From Octopus sinensis (Eukaryota), in the NCBI RefSeq assembly GCF_006345805.1, contig NC_042997.1:78802001-78866000 (forward strand): DNA of 64,000 bases. The letters run 5' to 3'. A program made the translations under genes and the position numbers. Position 1 is the first letter of the stretch. Each line of letters starts with the position of its first letter. Below, in pieces: positions 38,985 to 52,129 of the stretch. Below the pieces are notes generated by a model, which worked only from the letters and a program-made list of their open reading frames with translations, did no database searches and was not told the origin of the DNA.

Positions 38985-39703
38985 CCTGACTGAAATTCTT
39001 CAATGGACTTGTATTATTATTATTATTTTTGTTCTTCTTCACACAGTATTATTATTATTATTGTTATTATTATTTTTCTGTGTCCCACTGTGCGTGAAGA
39101 AGCGTGGTCCAGCAGCAACGAGTATGTTTGGCTCATGTTCCAAAGACCGTGGGTCTAATTCCTAGACCAAGAAGTACATTGTACCCTGGAGCAAGACATT
39201 TCGTTTCACATTTCTCTAATATATTGAACTTAATAGATTCCAGTGGAACATGGAATGTTCGAAACTGCTAACTAAAGACACAACAGTAGTGACAAGAATT
39301 CGAACACAATCAAGACATAACAGTAGATATTAAAAATCCAGTTGAAGGATTCAAACTAAAAATACAAGAAATCCTGTTGTGGACAGATTTGAACTACACA
39401 CAGAGAAAAATATTAAAAGTCCTGTTGAAGAACGATTCGAACTAAAAATATTAAAAAATCCTATTGAGGAAGGATTTGAACTACATACAGTGAAAAATAG
39501 TAAAAATCCTGTTGAAGAATTATTCGAACCACACAAGATGTAACAGTGAAGATATAACAATGAAGGTTTTGCAAGACACAACACTGGTGACAAGGATTCA
39601 AATTTTATGCATTCCACAACAGTGGGACACAGAAAAAAAAATAATAATACTGTGTGAAGAACAAAAAATAATAATATAAGTCCATTGAAGAATTTCAGTC
39701 AGG
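38985..39703. repeat. inverted arms (38985-39091 / 39619-39703) enclosing a SINE head and a 39/48-bp minisatellite
   Basis: cctgactgaaattcttcaatggact...gtcccactgt is mirrored. Confidence 0.8.
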
Positions 39704-40694
39704 TTGCTATGTGTTGGTATCACTACTGGTAACAATGTAAAGCCGGTACTGCCTGGATAATTCTGAAGGAAAAAAAGGTGCTTTTTCCACTCACCAAAGT
39801 GAATGGTGTTTTGGCCAGGAGGAATTGATGTCAGAATATATCCAATGATCATCAACCCTGAACCATAAACAATGAAAACATTATATAATTTTATATTTTA
39901 TAGAATAAGCGTCTTTCCTATTACCTTTGTATAGGTTCTACCTTAGAAATTACAAGGTCTGAGACTTAAACATATTAATATTATTCATCATTAGAATAAT
40001 ATTTATAAAGCAAAATATGGAAAAGATCTTCTGTAGAAAAATGTGGCTGAGCTTAATGCCTCCAAAAATTCTGTATTGACAGATACAATTTCAAAAATTG
40101 TGGAATAATATCTGATTTTTGGGAAATTAATTAGTGATCGTTGGTTGTCACTAGACTCCACAACACTCATACCTAGTGATCATTGGTTGTTACTCAACTC
40201 CACGATGCCCACACCAGTGTTTGTTGGTTGTCACTCATTTTCATGACAATCATTCCTTTGAGATATTGGCTATTTTTATGCCATGTCTATATCTAATTCC
40301 AACAAGATTTTTTTGAATTGTTGTGTAAAATTCTAGTAGCTTAATATGGAAGATTAGTTAATATAAATTTTATGTCATAATCCTCTATGACAGTTTTCTT
40401 TTGACTAAATACTAAATGAAAGTAAAAAAAACTAATTTAGTAAATATTTTCTCTTTCTTCATTTTCTTCAACCTGTTAATGAAATTTATTTCTGCAACTA
40501 TGAAACTGTTATTATAGCGGTGAAAAAGAACGAGCTTTATTTATCTTCAACATACAAGTACATTCAGCATTTTCGTGGTGTATAATTCATCACGGCATTT
40601 ACGCAGCCTGAGTTAAGATTTATGTATAATGATAATACTTATAATTAAGTTATAAGTGACAGTTTATCACTATAGATTTCTATTCAATAAACAT

Positions 40695-41230
40695 CATCAT
40701 CATCGTCGTTGTCGTTTAACATCCGTTTTCCATGCTGGCATGGGTTGGACGATTCAACTGAGGTCTGGAAAGCCAGGAGACTGCACCAGGCTCCAGTCTG
40801 ATCTGGCAGTGTTTCTACAGCTGGATGCCCTTCCTAACACCAACTAATCTGAGAGTGTAGTGGGTGCTTTTTATGTGCCACCGGCACAAGGGGCCACGGG
40901 AGTTGGCATCGACTACTATCGGATGGTGCTTTTCTATGCCACCGGCACTGACATCGGCCACATTCAGATGGTGCTTTTTACATGCTACTGGCACAGGGCT
41001 CACAACTACAATTTCCATTTGATTTGATTTTGATATTGCTGATGTTGATGTACTTGACTCGGCATCGGCCACGTTCAGATGGTGCTTTTTACATGCCACC
41101 AGCACAGAAGCCAGTCAAGGCGGCACTGGCATTGGCCACGTTCTGATGGTGCTGTTTACGTGCTACCAGCACAGGACTCAGAAGTAAAATTTTCATTTGA
41201 TTTGATTTTGATATTATTGATTTTAATTTA
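40695..41230 (-). mobile_element. 3'-UTR-only copy of the RTE family at 41385-44765
   Basis: Shares 'catcatcgt..tttaac.tcc..tttccatgct.gcat.ggttggacg' and the ~60-bp UTR minisatellite. Confidence 0.8.
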
Positions 41231-41384
41231 TATTTATTATCTTTTCCAAGTTCGAACATGTTATAAATTGGTGACATATAAATAAGATAATCTCAGCCCA
41301 TTATAAACTAGATAAAACACCCTTATAAAAGTGGTAACTCACACTGTTATACTAGAAAAGACCATTCAGTAATCAACAACATAA

Positions 41385-44300
41385 TCATCATCGTCATTTA
41401 ACGTCCACTTTCCATGCTAGCATAGGTTGGACGAATTGACTGAGGTCTGGCGAACCAGACTCCAATCTGATCTGGCAGAGTTTCTACAGCTGGATGCCCT
41501 TCCTAACGCCAACCAATCCGAGGGTGTAGTGGGTGCTTTTACATGCTACTGGCACGAGGGCCAGTTTGGTGATACTGGCAACGACCATGCCCAAATGGTG
41601 CTTTTTACGTGCCACCTTCACAGGAGCCTGTCCAGCGGCACTGGCAACGACCTCGCTCGAATGTTTCATGTGCCAACAGCACAAGTGCTAGTAAGGTGTC
41701 GCAGTAACGATCAAGCTCGAATGGTGTGCTTAACGTGCCATCGGCACTAAGCCCGCTTGTTGCTCTGGCAACAATCTCACTCATATGGTACTCTTAGCGC
41801 TCCACTAGCAACGGATGCCAGTCACCAAGTTTTATTTCGACTTCAATTTCACTTGCCTCAACTGGTCTTTGCAAGCAGAGTTTAGTGTCCAATAAAGAAA
41901 AGGCACGCATAGGCCACAAGGTTATGGTCACACTTTTGCTTGCCGAGTCTTCTGCAGCACAGCATATTTCCAGAGGTCCCGGTCACTAGTCATTGCTTCG
42001 GTGAGGCCCAATGTTTGAAGGTCATGCTTCACCACCTCATCCCAGAACTTCCTGGGTCTACCTCTTCCACAGGTTCCCTCAACTGCTAGGGTGTGGGACT
42101 TTTTCACATAGCTATCCACATCCATTCTCACCACATGACCATACCAGTGCAGTCGTCTCTCTTGCACACCACATCTGATGCTTCTTAGGTCCAACCTTTC
42201 TCTCAGGGCACTAACACTCTGTCGAGTATGCACACTGACATTACACATCCATCGGAACATGCTGGTTTCATTCCTTGCAAGCTGACGCATATCCTCAGCA
42301 GTCACATCCGATGTTTTACTGCCATGTAGCATGGCTGTTTGTACACATACATCATACCGTCTACCTTTTACTCTGAGCGAGAGGCCCTTTGTCACCAGCA
42401 GAGGTAAGAGCCCTCTGAACTTAGCCCAGGCTATTCTTATTCTAGCAGCTACACTTTCAGTGCACCCTCCCCCGCTACTGACTTGGTCACCTAGGCAACA
42501 GAAGCTATCAACTATTTCTAGTTTTTCTCCCTGGAATGTGGCGGAAGTTGTTCTCCGCACATTTTCAGTGTTATAGCTCCTGAGCATCTGCCACATACAA
42601 AAACTATCCTCTCAGTTAGCCTTCCTTTGATATTACTGCACCTCTTGTGTCCATAGTTTACACTGAGTTTCTACCTACGCCTTTTCTACAGATCGAACAG
42701 GGCCATCTACCTGAAGGGATTTGTGGTTTGCCTGCCTTCCTACTTATTAGGACTTTGGTTTTAGCTAGGTTGACTCTAAGGCCCTTCGATTCTAATCCTT
42801 GTTTCCACACTTGAAACTTCTCCTCTAGTTCTGTTAGTGACTCAGCAATTAGAGCAAGGTCATTAGCATAGAGGAGCTCCCAGGGGCATCCTGTCTTGAA
42901 TTCCTCCATTATTGCCTGGAGGACTATCAGAAATAGGAGGGAACTGAGGACTGAACCTTGGTGGAATTCTTCACTGTACTCGTTGCCAACCCTCACCTTA
43001 CTGACAGTGTCCCTGTACATGACTTGTACGGCTCTCACTAACCATTCATCTATCCCTAGTTTCCTCATTGACCACCAGATAAGGGATCGGGGGACCTTGT
43101 CAAAGGCTTTCTCCATGTCAACGAACGCCAGGTACAGGGTCTTATCTTTGGCTCGGTATTTCTCCTGCAGCTGTCTAACCAGAAATATAGCATCAGTGGT
43201 GCTTTTCCCTGGCACGTAACCAAACTGCATCTCACTCAAACTGACTCTCTCCCTAATTAGTTGGGCTATGACCCCCTCCGTGATCTTCATTACCTGATCC
43301 AAGAGCTTGATACCTCTGTAATTATTTGTATCTAAAACGTCTCCTTTACCTTTGTAGCAGTTGACTACAGTGCTGCTACACCAATCATTGGGTATGACTC
43401 CTTCGTGTATCACCTGGTTAACTATACGGTTGACTAGGCTATAGCCGACACTGCCAGATATTTTGAGCATCTCTGCAGTAATTCCTGATGGGCCGGCAGC
43501 TATCCCTGTCTTCATACTTTTAATTGCTTTAACTACCAAGTTACTGTCAACTCAGATAGCTGCTCCCTCTGTTGAGTCGACAATCGGCAGACACTCTTTC
43601 TCCCATTCAAGAGAACCATCATCCATGCGGACACATTTCTCTCCTACATCACAATTCTCTTTCACACACTGTCTTGCAACACGAAATACCTCAAGTCTTT
43701 GGTCCCCATGGCGCTGTACATTGGCAAATTTTTTCTTATCTGCTTCCCCTCTGGCTAAATAAACCTGTCTCCTAGCTTCTCTTCTGGCAGTCTGATACAA
43801 TTTCCTGCTACCACCATTCTTCCAGTCCTACCAAGCCTGTCTCTTTTCTCTAATAGCCCTGTCTACAACATTGTTCCACCACCACGTTATTTTGAGTCAA
43901 GAGGGGACTTTGCACCATCCACAGATCTGGTCAGTGGCTCTCAGCAGGTTGTCCCTTAGAAACCTCCAGTTGTCTTCTACCCCATGTAAAGCTATATCCC
44001 CTTCTATTTCGTCCAAGGCTTCAAGTAATATGTCCCTAAATCTCTGTCCATTCACAGAATCTTTAAGCTTCCAGAAACTTCTTCTCCATGTTGGTTGTCC
44101 TCTTAGTCCTGATCCTAAAGTCACTAACTACCAGTCTATGTTGCAGGGTACATTCTTCACCTGTGAAGGTTTTGGCATTTATAAGCAACCAACTTTCCCT
44201 TTTTCTGGCAAGGATGTAGTCAATTTGGCTAGTATGTCAGCCCGATCGGTAGGTGACTACGTGGCTGGTAGGTTTCCTGAAGTTAGTGTTGCAAACCATA

Positions 44301-44765
44301 AGATCATTTGCATCACAGAACTCAGCAGCCTGGTTCCCTCCTCGTTGCGGGAACCATAACCGTAGCCTCCATGTACGTCATGGAAGCCCCCAGCATGTTG
44401 TCCAACATCCCCTTTGAAGTCACTAGCCACAAAGAGAAGGTCCCTGTCGTTTGTCAACGAGGTAGTCTGCAGTAGGGTGTCATAGAATCGGTCTTTCTGT
44501 CCATCGGGTAGCCCTGGCTGAGGAGCATGGGCCGATATAATGGTTGCTAATCCATGATGAAGCACTAATCTAATCTTAAGTATTCTGTCGCATATCTGAC
44601 TACCTCAATTACCTTATCTACCCATTTTTCAATGAGAAGTATACCCACGCCCTGACACCGTCAGTGTTCCCAGCCCAGAAAATCTTGTACTTGTGTTCTT
44701 TGCCTGTGAGGAACCTAGCAGAACTTCCTCTCCATCTTACTTCTTGGATGCAATACATATCGACA
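41385..44765 (-). mobile_element. RTE-clade LINE, slightly 5'-truncated, degenerate
   Basis: EN (CIQEVRWRG, ISAHAPQPG), RT 43539-42658 (NYRGIKLL, QFGYVPG, FVDMEKAFD, HQGSVLSSLLF, LLYANDL), C-terminus (MLHGSKT, RLHWYGHV, GRGRPRK), long 3' UTR. Confidence 0.92.
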
Positions 44766-45154
44766 ACAACAAAGAATGAAACAGAATCCAAGGATACTAG
44801 TGATGATCTATGTCAGCAAATATGTTAGTACAAAAAATTATCAAAGTATATTAAATTATTTTGCTGTGAGGAAGCCTGACATTTCAGACGGAACTCTTTT
44901 GTTAGAGTCCTCTCTGAAATGTTAAAATTTTCTTGTTCCTCACAGGAAAATATCAAAAACCTCATTTAGTGATCACAGAATAAATATTTAATCGAAATAA
45001 TTCCCTAAATAAAAGATAAAAATGATAAATTTTTTTTCATTCATAAAATTAACAATTTCCAGATACCATGCATACAGAAAAAAGTAAATATCTCATATAT
45101 TAAATAGAGAACCTAAATTTCAGGAATAAGATATTTAGCAAAAACTTTATTTGA

Positions 45155-45364
45155 TCATCGTGACTGATTTGTGGAGACATTTTTGCGGAAAACATTGAAA
45201 TGTTCAAGATATTGCTGCACAGTGTCAGACGGACTGTATTCTGAAGTTAACTTGTTCTTTAAAGTTGCAGGAGGATTGTCTAAAATATTACCCATTACGC
45301 TTTGAATGAGTTCTTTCATTAAATTCCAGCAATCGTTGATTATGGCACATGGATAATATTCCAC
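45155..45364 (-). CDS. MED20: Mediator subunit 20, exon 4 (terminal)
   Basis: cag|GTG acceptor. VEYYPCAIINDCWNLMKELIQS...YSPSDTVQQYLEHFNVFRK...* aligns with the MED20 C-terminus. TGA at 45157-45155. Confidence 0.93.
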   Translation of the reverse strand: MEYYPCAIINDCWNLMKELIQSVMGNILDNPPATLKNKLTSEYSPSDTVQQYLEHFNVFRKNVSTNQSR

Positions 45365-45519
45365 CTGATAAAAAAAAAGAGAAACAATAGTAATGAAAAG
45401 GAAAACTTCTCAAACAAATGTAATACAATGTTACAATAAAATATACAATAAAAACTAGAGAAAATACTTAATTCTCACACAGTACAACACAATACAAAAC
45501 AAACCCTAAACAGCTTTAG

Positions 45520-46120
45520 TAGGTACAAGCATGGCTCTATGGTAAGAAGTTTGTTTCCCAACACATGATTCTGGGTTCAGTCCCACAACATGGCACTTTG
45601 GGCTAGTGTCTTCTCTATTTGTCCTCACCACTGCTTGATAGCCAGTGGTGGTGTCCCAGTAACTTAGCAGTTTGACAAAAGAGGCCAGTAGAATAAATAC
45701 TAGGTTTAAAAAGTCCCATCTCTCAGATCCTGAATGAAACACTACATCGAATTCTAGAACTTCAACTTTGTGAAACGTGTGCATGCGTGTGTGTGCATAT
45801 ATGTGTGCACAAAGGATATCTTTCAGTTTCAGTCTACCACAACCACACTGACTCACAAGGGTTGGAATTACAAAGAAAAAATTTTAACTATTTGAAACAA
45901 AATATTACCAAATGAAAATCCAATATTCCTACAACAGAAACAATTTTATTTTACAGATGCAGGTGTGGCTGTGTGGTAAGAAGTTTGCTTCCAACTACAT
46001 GATTCTAGGTTCAGTCTTACTGCATGGCACCTTGAGCATGTGCCTTCTACAATAGCCTTGGGCTGACCGAAGCCTTGTGAGTGGATTTGGTAGACGGAAA
46101 CTGAAAGAAGCCCATTGTGT
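45520..46120. mobile_element. two SINE pieces in opposite orientation (45520-45700 -, 45955-46120 +)
   Basis: Same family as 63540-63910. Confidence 0.7.
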
Positions 46121-46199
46121 GTGTGTGTATATGTATATATATATATATATATACATACCTCTTTTATTAATCAGCATAACACAAAAATTATTACAAGCA

Positions 46200-46650
46200 A
46201 CCACAGTGCCGAATCTAATCTGAGGAACTACAATTGCAAAGACTTGCTGTCCGTTAGAGGGTAAATGTCTTGAAAAAGGAATTGTTTATAGAGCTAAAGT
46301 GCAATAGATGGCTTGCAAAAATATAAAATTTACACAGGGGCTTTTATTCCCACCAAAATTCTTTCCGATACCCCAAGAATAGGACAGCAACAAGTCTTGC
46401 AAAATATGTCTGGCAACTGAAGGACAATGACACCCATCCTTTCAATATCAGCTGGACAATTTTGGAAAAAGCACCACCATATAAACATGGAGCTTGTAGA
46501 AGACCTATGAAATGTAATCTTTGCCTCTCAGAAAAGTTCTTTATCCTGTTGCAGGATAAACATGCATTAAACCAGGGACATGAGCTCATAAATTCCTGCT
46601 GGCACCCGGCAAGGTTCAAAATGTCAACCAATAAAATAGCGCATGAGTAA
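46200..46650 (+). mobile_element. Penelope-like element, C-terminal GIY-YIG endonuclease remnant
   Basis: CPLEGKCLEKGIVYRAKV...HQNSFRYPKNRTATSLAKYVWQLKD...ISWTILEKA...KCNLCLSEKFFI...LNQGHELINSCWH. Confidence 0.85.
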
Positions 46651-46869
46651 AACTTTTTTGACTTTTGGAAAATTTTGACATTCGCATTTGAATTTAGCTT
46701 TACATCTTATATATAGTAATTTTTGTATTACAATGCTAGTTCATATTTTGACTTCACATTTTATATTTTACATCCGACTTTTAAGAAAACCTTCAACTGT
46801 TTTAGAAATTTAAACTTGAGTTTCTCCAAGGTTTATTTTTTATTCATTTTTACTTATTTTTTATATATT

Positions 46870-47990
46870 TATCATCATTCATCGTTTAACGTCCGCTTTC
46901 CATGCTGGCATGGGTTGGACAGTTTGACTGAGGGCTGGCAAGCCAGAAGGCTGCACTAGGCTCCAATCCGATCTGGCAAAGTCTCTACAGCTGGATGCCC
47001 TTCCTAACACTAACCACTTCAAGAGTGTAGTGGGTGCTTTTAAGTGCCACCGGCATGAGAGACAGTCAAGCAGTACTGGCATCGACCATGCTTGAATGGT
47101 TCTTTTTATGTGCCACTAGCATGGGAGCAGTCAGGCGGCACTGGTAACAACCATTCTTGAATGGTGCTTTTTATTTGCCACTGGCACAGGAGCCTGTAAG
47201 ACAGTAGTGGCAATGACTATGTTAGAATGGTGCTTTTTACATGCCACCAGCATGGGACCAGTCAGACAGCACTGGCATGGACCACACTCGAATAGTGTCT
47301 TTTTACATGCCACCGGCTTGGGTGCCAATAAGATGGTACTGTCATCAGCCGTAACAACAACTTCATTTGCCTCAACAGGTCTTCACAAGCGCAGTTTATT
47401 GCCCAATGATTGAAGAGTACTCTTAAGTGAGCTGCACTGGCATAGGCCACGATTATGGTCTCACTTGGTTTGCCTGGTCTTCTCAAGCACAGCATATCTC
47501 CAAAGGTCTTTGTCACTTGTCATCATCTCAGTGAGATCCAACGTTCGATGGTCGTGCTTCATCACCTCATCCCAGGTCTTCCTGGGTCTATCTCTGCTAG
47601 GGTGTGACACTTTTTCACACAGCTGTCCTCATCAATATGCAACACATGACCATACCAGTGCAGTTGTCTCTCTTGCACACCACATCTGATGTTTCTTATG
47701 TCCAGCTTTTCTCTCAGGGAGCTTACACTGTCATGTATGCACACTGGCATTACACATCCTGTGGAACATACTAGCTTCATTCCCTGCAAGCTTATGCATA
47801 TCCTCAGCAGTCACAGCCCATGTTTTACTGCCGTGTAGCATGGCAGTTCACACATAGACATCATGCAGTCTACCTTTTACTCTGAGCGAGAAGCCCTATG
47901 TCACCAGCAGAGGTAGGAGCTCTCTGAACTTCGCCCAGGGTATTCTTATTCTAGTAGCTACACTCAGAGCATCCAACCCTGCTACTGTTA
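46870..47990 (-). mobile_element. 5'-truncated RTE copy (C-terminal ORF + 3' UTR) in MED20 intron 3
   Basis: WAKFRELLPLLVT...RQLHWYGHV. Same UTR as 41385. Confidence 0.85.
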
Positions 47991-48071
47991 TATTAATTTA
48001 TTGTACTAGACAGTGTTTTATAATATGTTTGTATCCATATATACGTTATGGTGTATATATTTATCTTGATG

Positions 48072-48113
<42 letters not shown>

Positions 48114-49127
48114 TATATGTATGTATGTATGCACGTATATATACATGTGTGTGTGTGGGGGGTACATTTAAATAATAAGGGTGAAAAATCGAATATTAAT
48201 TTGATTAATATCAATTTAAAACCAGTAGCCTGCATTGAGCGTAGGCCACCATGGTTCGTGATGCCGTTAGGACCAGAGAAGAAGCCGGCTCAACCCACTT
48301 TGGGTGAACGCCGTCACAGATACAAGTAAGTATATATATATATATATATATATAAATTTACATATGTTTATTTGTATGCATGTCTATATGTGTGTGTATT
48401 TGTATGTATGTTTGTATTTATGTAGATATGCATGTCATTTTATATGTGCACATTTGCAAGCTGAACGAAGTATCTAACATTCGTTAGATACTTTTTAGGA
48501 ATGCCAACTTCCAAATCATCTTACCCTCTATCTCTATCTATTTTTCTCTTTCTCTTTCTAATTTTCTATTTCTTTTTTCTTCCTTTCCCTTTTTCTTTCT
48601 CCCACCATTCTCTGATTTTCTTTTCGTTTTCTTTCTCTCGCCTGTAACAACTAAGCTGTATAAGCACACACCAGGAGGTACTACGCACGTGCATGTGTGT
48701 GTACATGGATATATAAATATGCATTTGTACATATCTATGCTTTGCCTATATTTGTCTGTATATGTAATAGCCTTGAACCAATGCCAGTATATTTAGTGTA
48801 TATATGTATATGTAGGTTGTTCGGTATGTATATGTATTGCTAAATGTATATGTATTTTAGGATGTTAGTTCTTTGTGGAAGGTTTTTTTAAAAATAGATA
48901 TATCTTTTAATTTATTCAGGTCTTTTTTTCTTTTACATAATCTATTTTTGATTTAAGATTTTCTTCGATTTTTATATGATTTAAACTGTAATTGTAATTT
49001 CATACAACCAGTTATTGAAAAGACTGTTGATTGAAAGGACCAACAAAACAAAACCATTTTCAAATGTGTATCTATCAAAGTAATTGTATATTTATGCATA
49101 TAACCATATTTTGTTCCATTTTAAACT

Positions 49128-49171
49128 AAACTGTCCAACGAACAGAAATGTGAAACTCTGAGTAACAGTTT
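49128..49171 (+). ncRNA. decayed type I hammerhead
   Basis: AAACTGT-CCAACGA-ACA(GAAA)TGT-GAAA-CTC(T)GAG-TA-ACAGTTT. All stems are intact; the core differs from CTGACGA at two positions. Confidence 0.5.
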
Positions 49172-49204
49172 TTGTGATATCTTTGCTGCTTTTTAATAAA
49201 GTGT

Positions 49205-49420
49205 GTGTGTGTGTCTTTATGTCTGTGTTTGTCCTCCCATCACTGTTGACAACCAGTATTGGTGTGCTTACATCCCCGTAAGTCAGTGGTTCAACAAAAG
49301 AGACCAATAGAATAAGTATTAGGCTTAAGAAGTAAGTCCTGGGGTTAATTTGTTTGACTAAAACCCTTCAAAGCAATGCTCCAGCATGTCCATAGTCAAA
49401 TGACTGAAACAAGTAAAAGA
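49205..49420 (+). mobile_element. SINE 3' half
   Basis: ...aagagaccaatagaataagtattaggctt...ccagcatgtcc.tagtcaaatgactgaaacaagtaaaaga. Confidence 0.75.
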
Positions 49421-49456
49421 ATAGAAGAAAAAAATAATGATAAAATTATTAATTAC

Positions 49457-49707
49457 CTCTACAAGGATACCTTTGACACTTGATGCTATTAATACAGTCC
49501 CAATTTTGATGAGAAAATCTCCATATTCATATCTTTGACCTTTAGATTCAATTTTAGATCCTTTCTTTTGTTGATAGAAACCCTTTAATCGTTGCATGAG
49601 GACATCAAACTGACTGTCAGCTACTAGACAATTGCCTGTGTCTAGAATGGCAAAACATGTAGCAGGTTGTTCACTGTTGTGTAATATATGAATCAAACGT
49701 TGAGTAG
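49457..49707 (-). CDS. MED20: MED20 exon 3
   Basis: ttctag acceptor, GTAATT donor, 251 nt (phase 1 to 0). HILHNSEQPATCFAILDTGNCLVADSQFDVLMQRLKGFYQQKKGSKIESKGQRYEYGDFLIKIGTV...KGILVE. Confidence 0.95.
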
Positions 49708-49874
49708 CTAGAAAACAAAATCAACACTGTAAATAACTAGGTTAACTACTGATATAATCCAAAATTTTACCCCCCACAATCATTAGGATGCAATTTACAT
49801 TTCTCCAAGAAATTGTTTCCGAGAAATTGATATCTTCTTTTTACGAGTGTAAAGTCAAGTGTACTCAAGAGAAA

Positions 49875-50345
49875 TCATCATCATTTAGCTTCTGTTTTCC
49901 ATGCTAGCATGGGTTAGATGGTTTGATTGAAACTGGTAAGCTGTAGGGCTGCACCAGACTCCAATCTGATTTGGCATGGCTTCTATGGCTGGATGCCCCA
50001 CCTCATGTTAACCACTCCAACAGTGTAATGGGTGCTTTTTACATACTACCAGCACAGATGCCAGTTATGTGACCCCAACATTGAACAGAACTAGGATTTC
50101 ACTTGTCATTGCCTCTATGAGGCCCAATATTTAAAGGGTACTTTTTACATGCTCACCAGCATGGGTGCCTGTTATGTGATACTGGCATCAGCCATGACTA
50201 TGATTTCACTTGATTTGACAGATCTTCTTAAGCACAGTGTATCAGCAAAGGTCTCAGTCACTTGCTATTGCCTCCGTGAGGCCCAATGTTCGAAGATCAT
50301 GCTTCACCACTTCAACCCATTACTTCATGGTTCTACCCCTTCCAA
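49875..50345 (-). mobile_element. older 3'-UTR-only RTE copy in MED20 intron 2
   Basis: Diverged match to 41385-41990. Confidence 0.7.
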
Positions 50346-51983
50346 AGAACAAATTCATAGATTTCATTCCAACTTTGATACAACCCACAATAGTACGTAC
50401 TTCATTTTTTTAAGATGATGTGATGTTGTTGAGGAACATTTAACTCCTACTTCTAGGAAGTTGAGTACCATTCTAAACCTCATATGATTAACTATAGCAT
50501 ATAAAAGTATACAGCATGCCATTAACTAGGTGAAGACATAGTGTACCTGGAGCAGTGGTTGTTGCATGTAGTTACTTAAATGTCAACTTATTTCCCCCAA
50601 GACAACTCAATAATCATTGAACTGGAGCTACACAACAATATAAACCACTCGGCTTGTTACTCTCTGAGTTTCTCATCCTTTATCACTAATCAATTTATAA
50701 TGTCCAGATAACACTTAACATTCTAGCATCTTTATAAAAGAAGGTATTTGCTTACATATCCATCTCCCCTCATCTTTACTGTGTCTCACTACACATTGTT
50801 CAACCTTTCTTTTCCCAAAACTGTAGCCTTCTCTCCCTCCCTATATTTTTCCAACATGCAACAACCTCACAAGACTTGGAGCCCAGCAAAGAAAGCAGCT
50901 GCTACCACTTCTCTTTCAAGTATGTATCTAGTGTAAAAAAAAAATAATTACAAAATAAAGTTGATTTAGAGGCTTAAGTCTGAATGTTAAATACAGTGGA
51001 TGGCTGAATCAGTAAAGTATATGGTGTTAGTAATATCTCTTTTATACACTGAATATCAATTCCACTTTCAGAGATCGATTAGATAAGCACCATTCAAGTA
51101 TGCAGATTTTACTGACTCTACCCAAAATGTGTAAACCCTTTTGAACACATCGTTCTAATCTAATAACTTCACCAAGAGTTACCTACTTTTGCACAGCATA
51201 TATTTAAAAAAGAAAGCACTGAGTACAGAATGATTATATGCAATAATACAACACACAGTTAACAAAAACTACTGGATGCAAAGTTAACAAATTAATTAAC
51301 CTGAGGCAAAATAGTAACTATAAAGTTTTCAGGTAACCTAGAAAGATTAGAATAACTAGGTGGGAATTAATGAAATTAATATATTAAATAAAGAAGTGAA
51401 CTATAGTGGACAAAATGTTTTGCAGTATTTACTATATATTCACTTTGAGTTCACTTTGTCTTTCATCTTTCCAGAGTCAATAATAAAGACAAACATCCAT
51501 CAAGTATTCCTCAAAATGTATAGCACCCTGAGCAAACATTAGGATCAATGCACATAATGAATTCTTTCAGGTTAATAATAGTTAGAGGAGAAACATTGAT
51601 GTGATGGGAACTCTTCACAACCTTTTCTGTGCCCATAAACTAATTCTATTTGAAACTTCAAGATTAATTTTTTATCTATATTCTTTATCTATAGCTTTCA
51701 AAACAGATACCAAAGTACATCTCTCTTGCTTATTGACACTAAAAAGGGAAGAGGACATGTATATTCAGAATGATGTAGTCTTGCATTCGTTATACTTTAA
51801 AATATTAACAAGATGATCCTAGCTTGAATGCCTGTCATTATAGATCTACTCAATTAGGGCTAACCTGATACTAAATAATATCTAAAACTGAAACTTTTTT
51901 TAACACAAAACTTTCCTCAGTTATTAAAATACTGAATTTATATTACATAAAGCAATATAAAATGTAATATAAATGAAACTTAC

Positions 51984-52129
51984 TTGTATTCGGAAGAGTA
52001 GACTGATATGTTTCACAATCAACATAAAAATTGCCAGCTTTAACAGCACCCAACAACTCTACCTGTTTTTGTAGGCTATCAACTATTTGTTGGGCACTTT
52101 TACCTTCAGGAACAGGATAGGAAAATACA
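51984..52129 (-). CDS. MED20: MED20 exon 2
   Basis: ttttcag acceptor, GTAAGT donor, 146 nt (phase 2 to 1). [48 protein letters not shown]. Confidence 0.93.

Noticed and set aside
39300-39610. CRISPR-like repeat-spacer array
   Set aside because: Units are contiguous degenerate tandem repeats without unique spacers, in eukaryotic DNA with no cas genes.
48230-48310. ACCATGGT palindrome after GA, and loosely similar motifs at ~22590 and ~46770
   Set aside because: Core nucleotides are missing; too degenerate to call.
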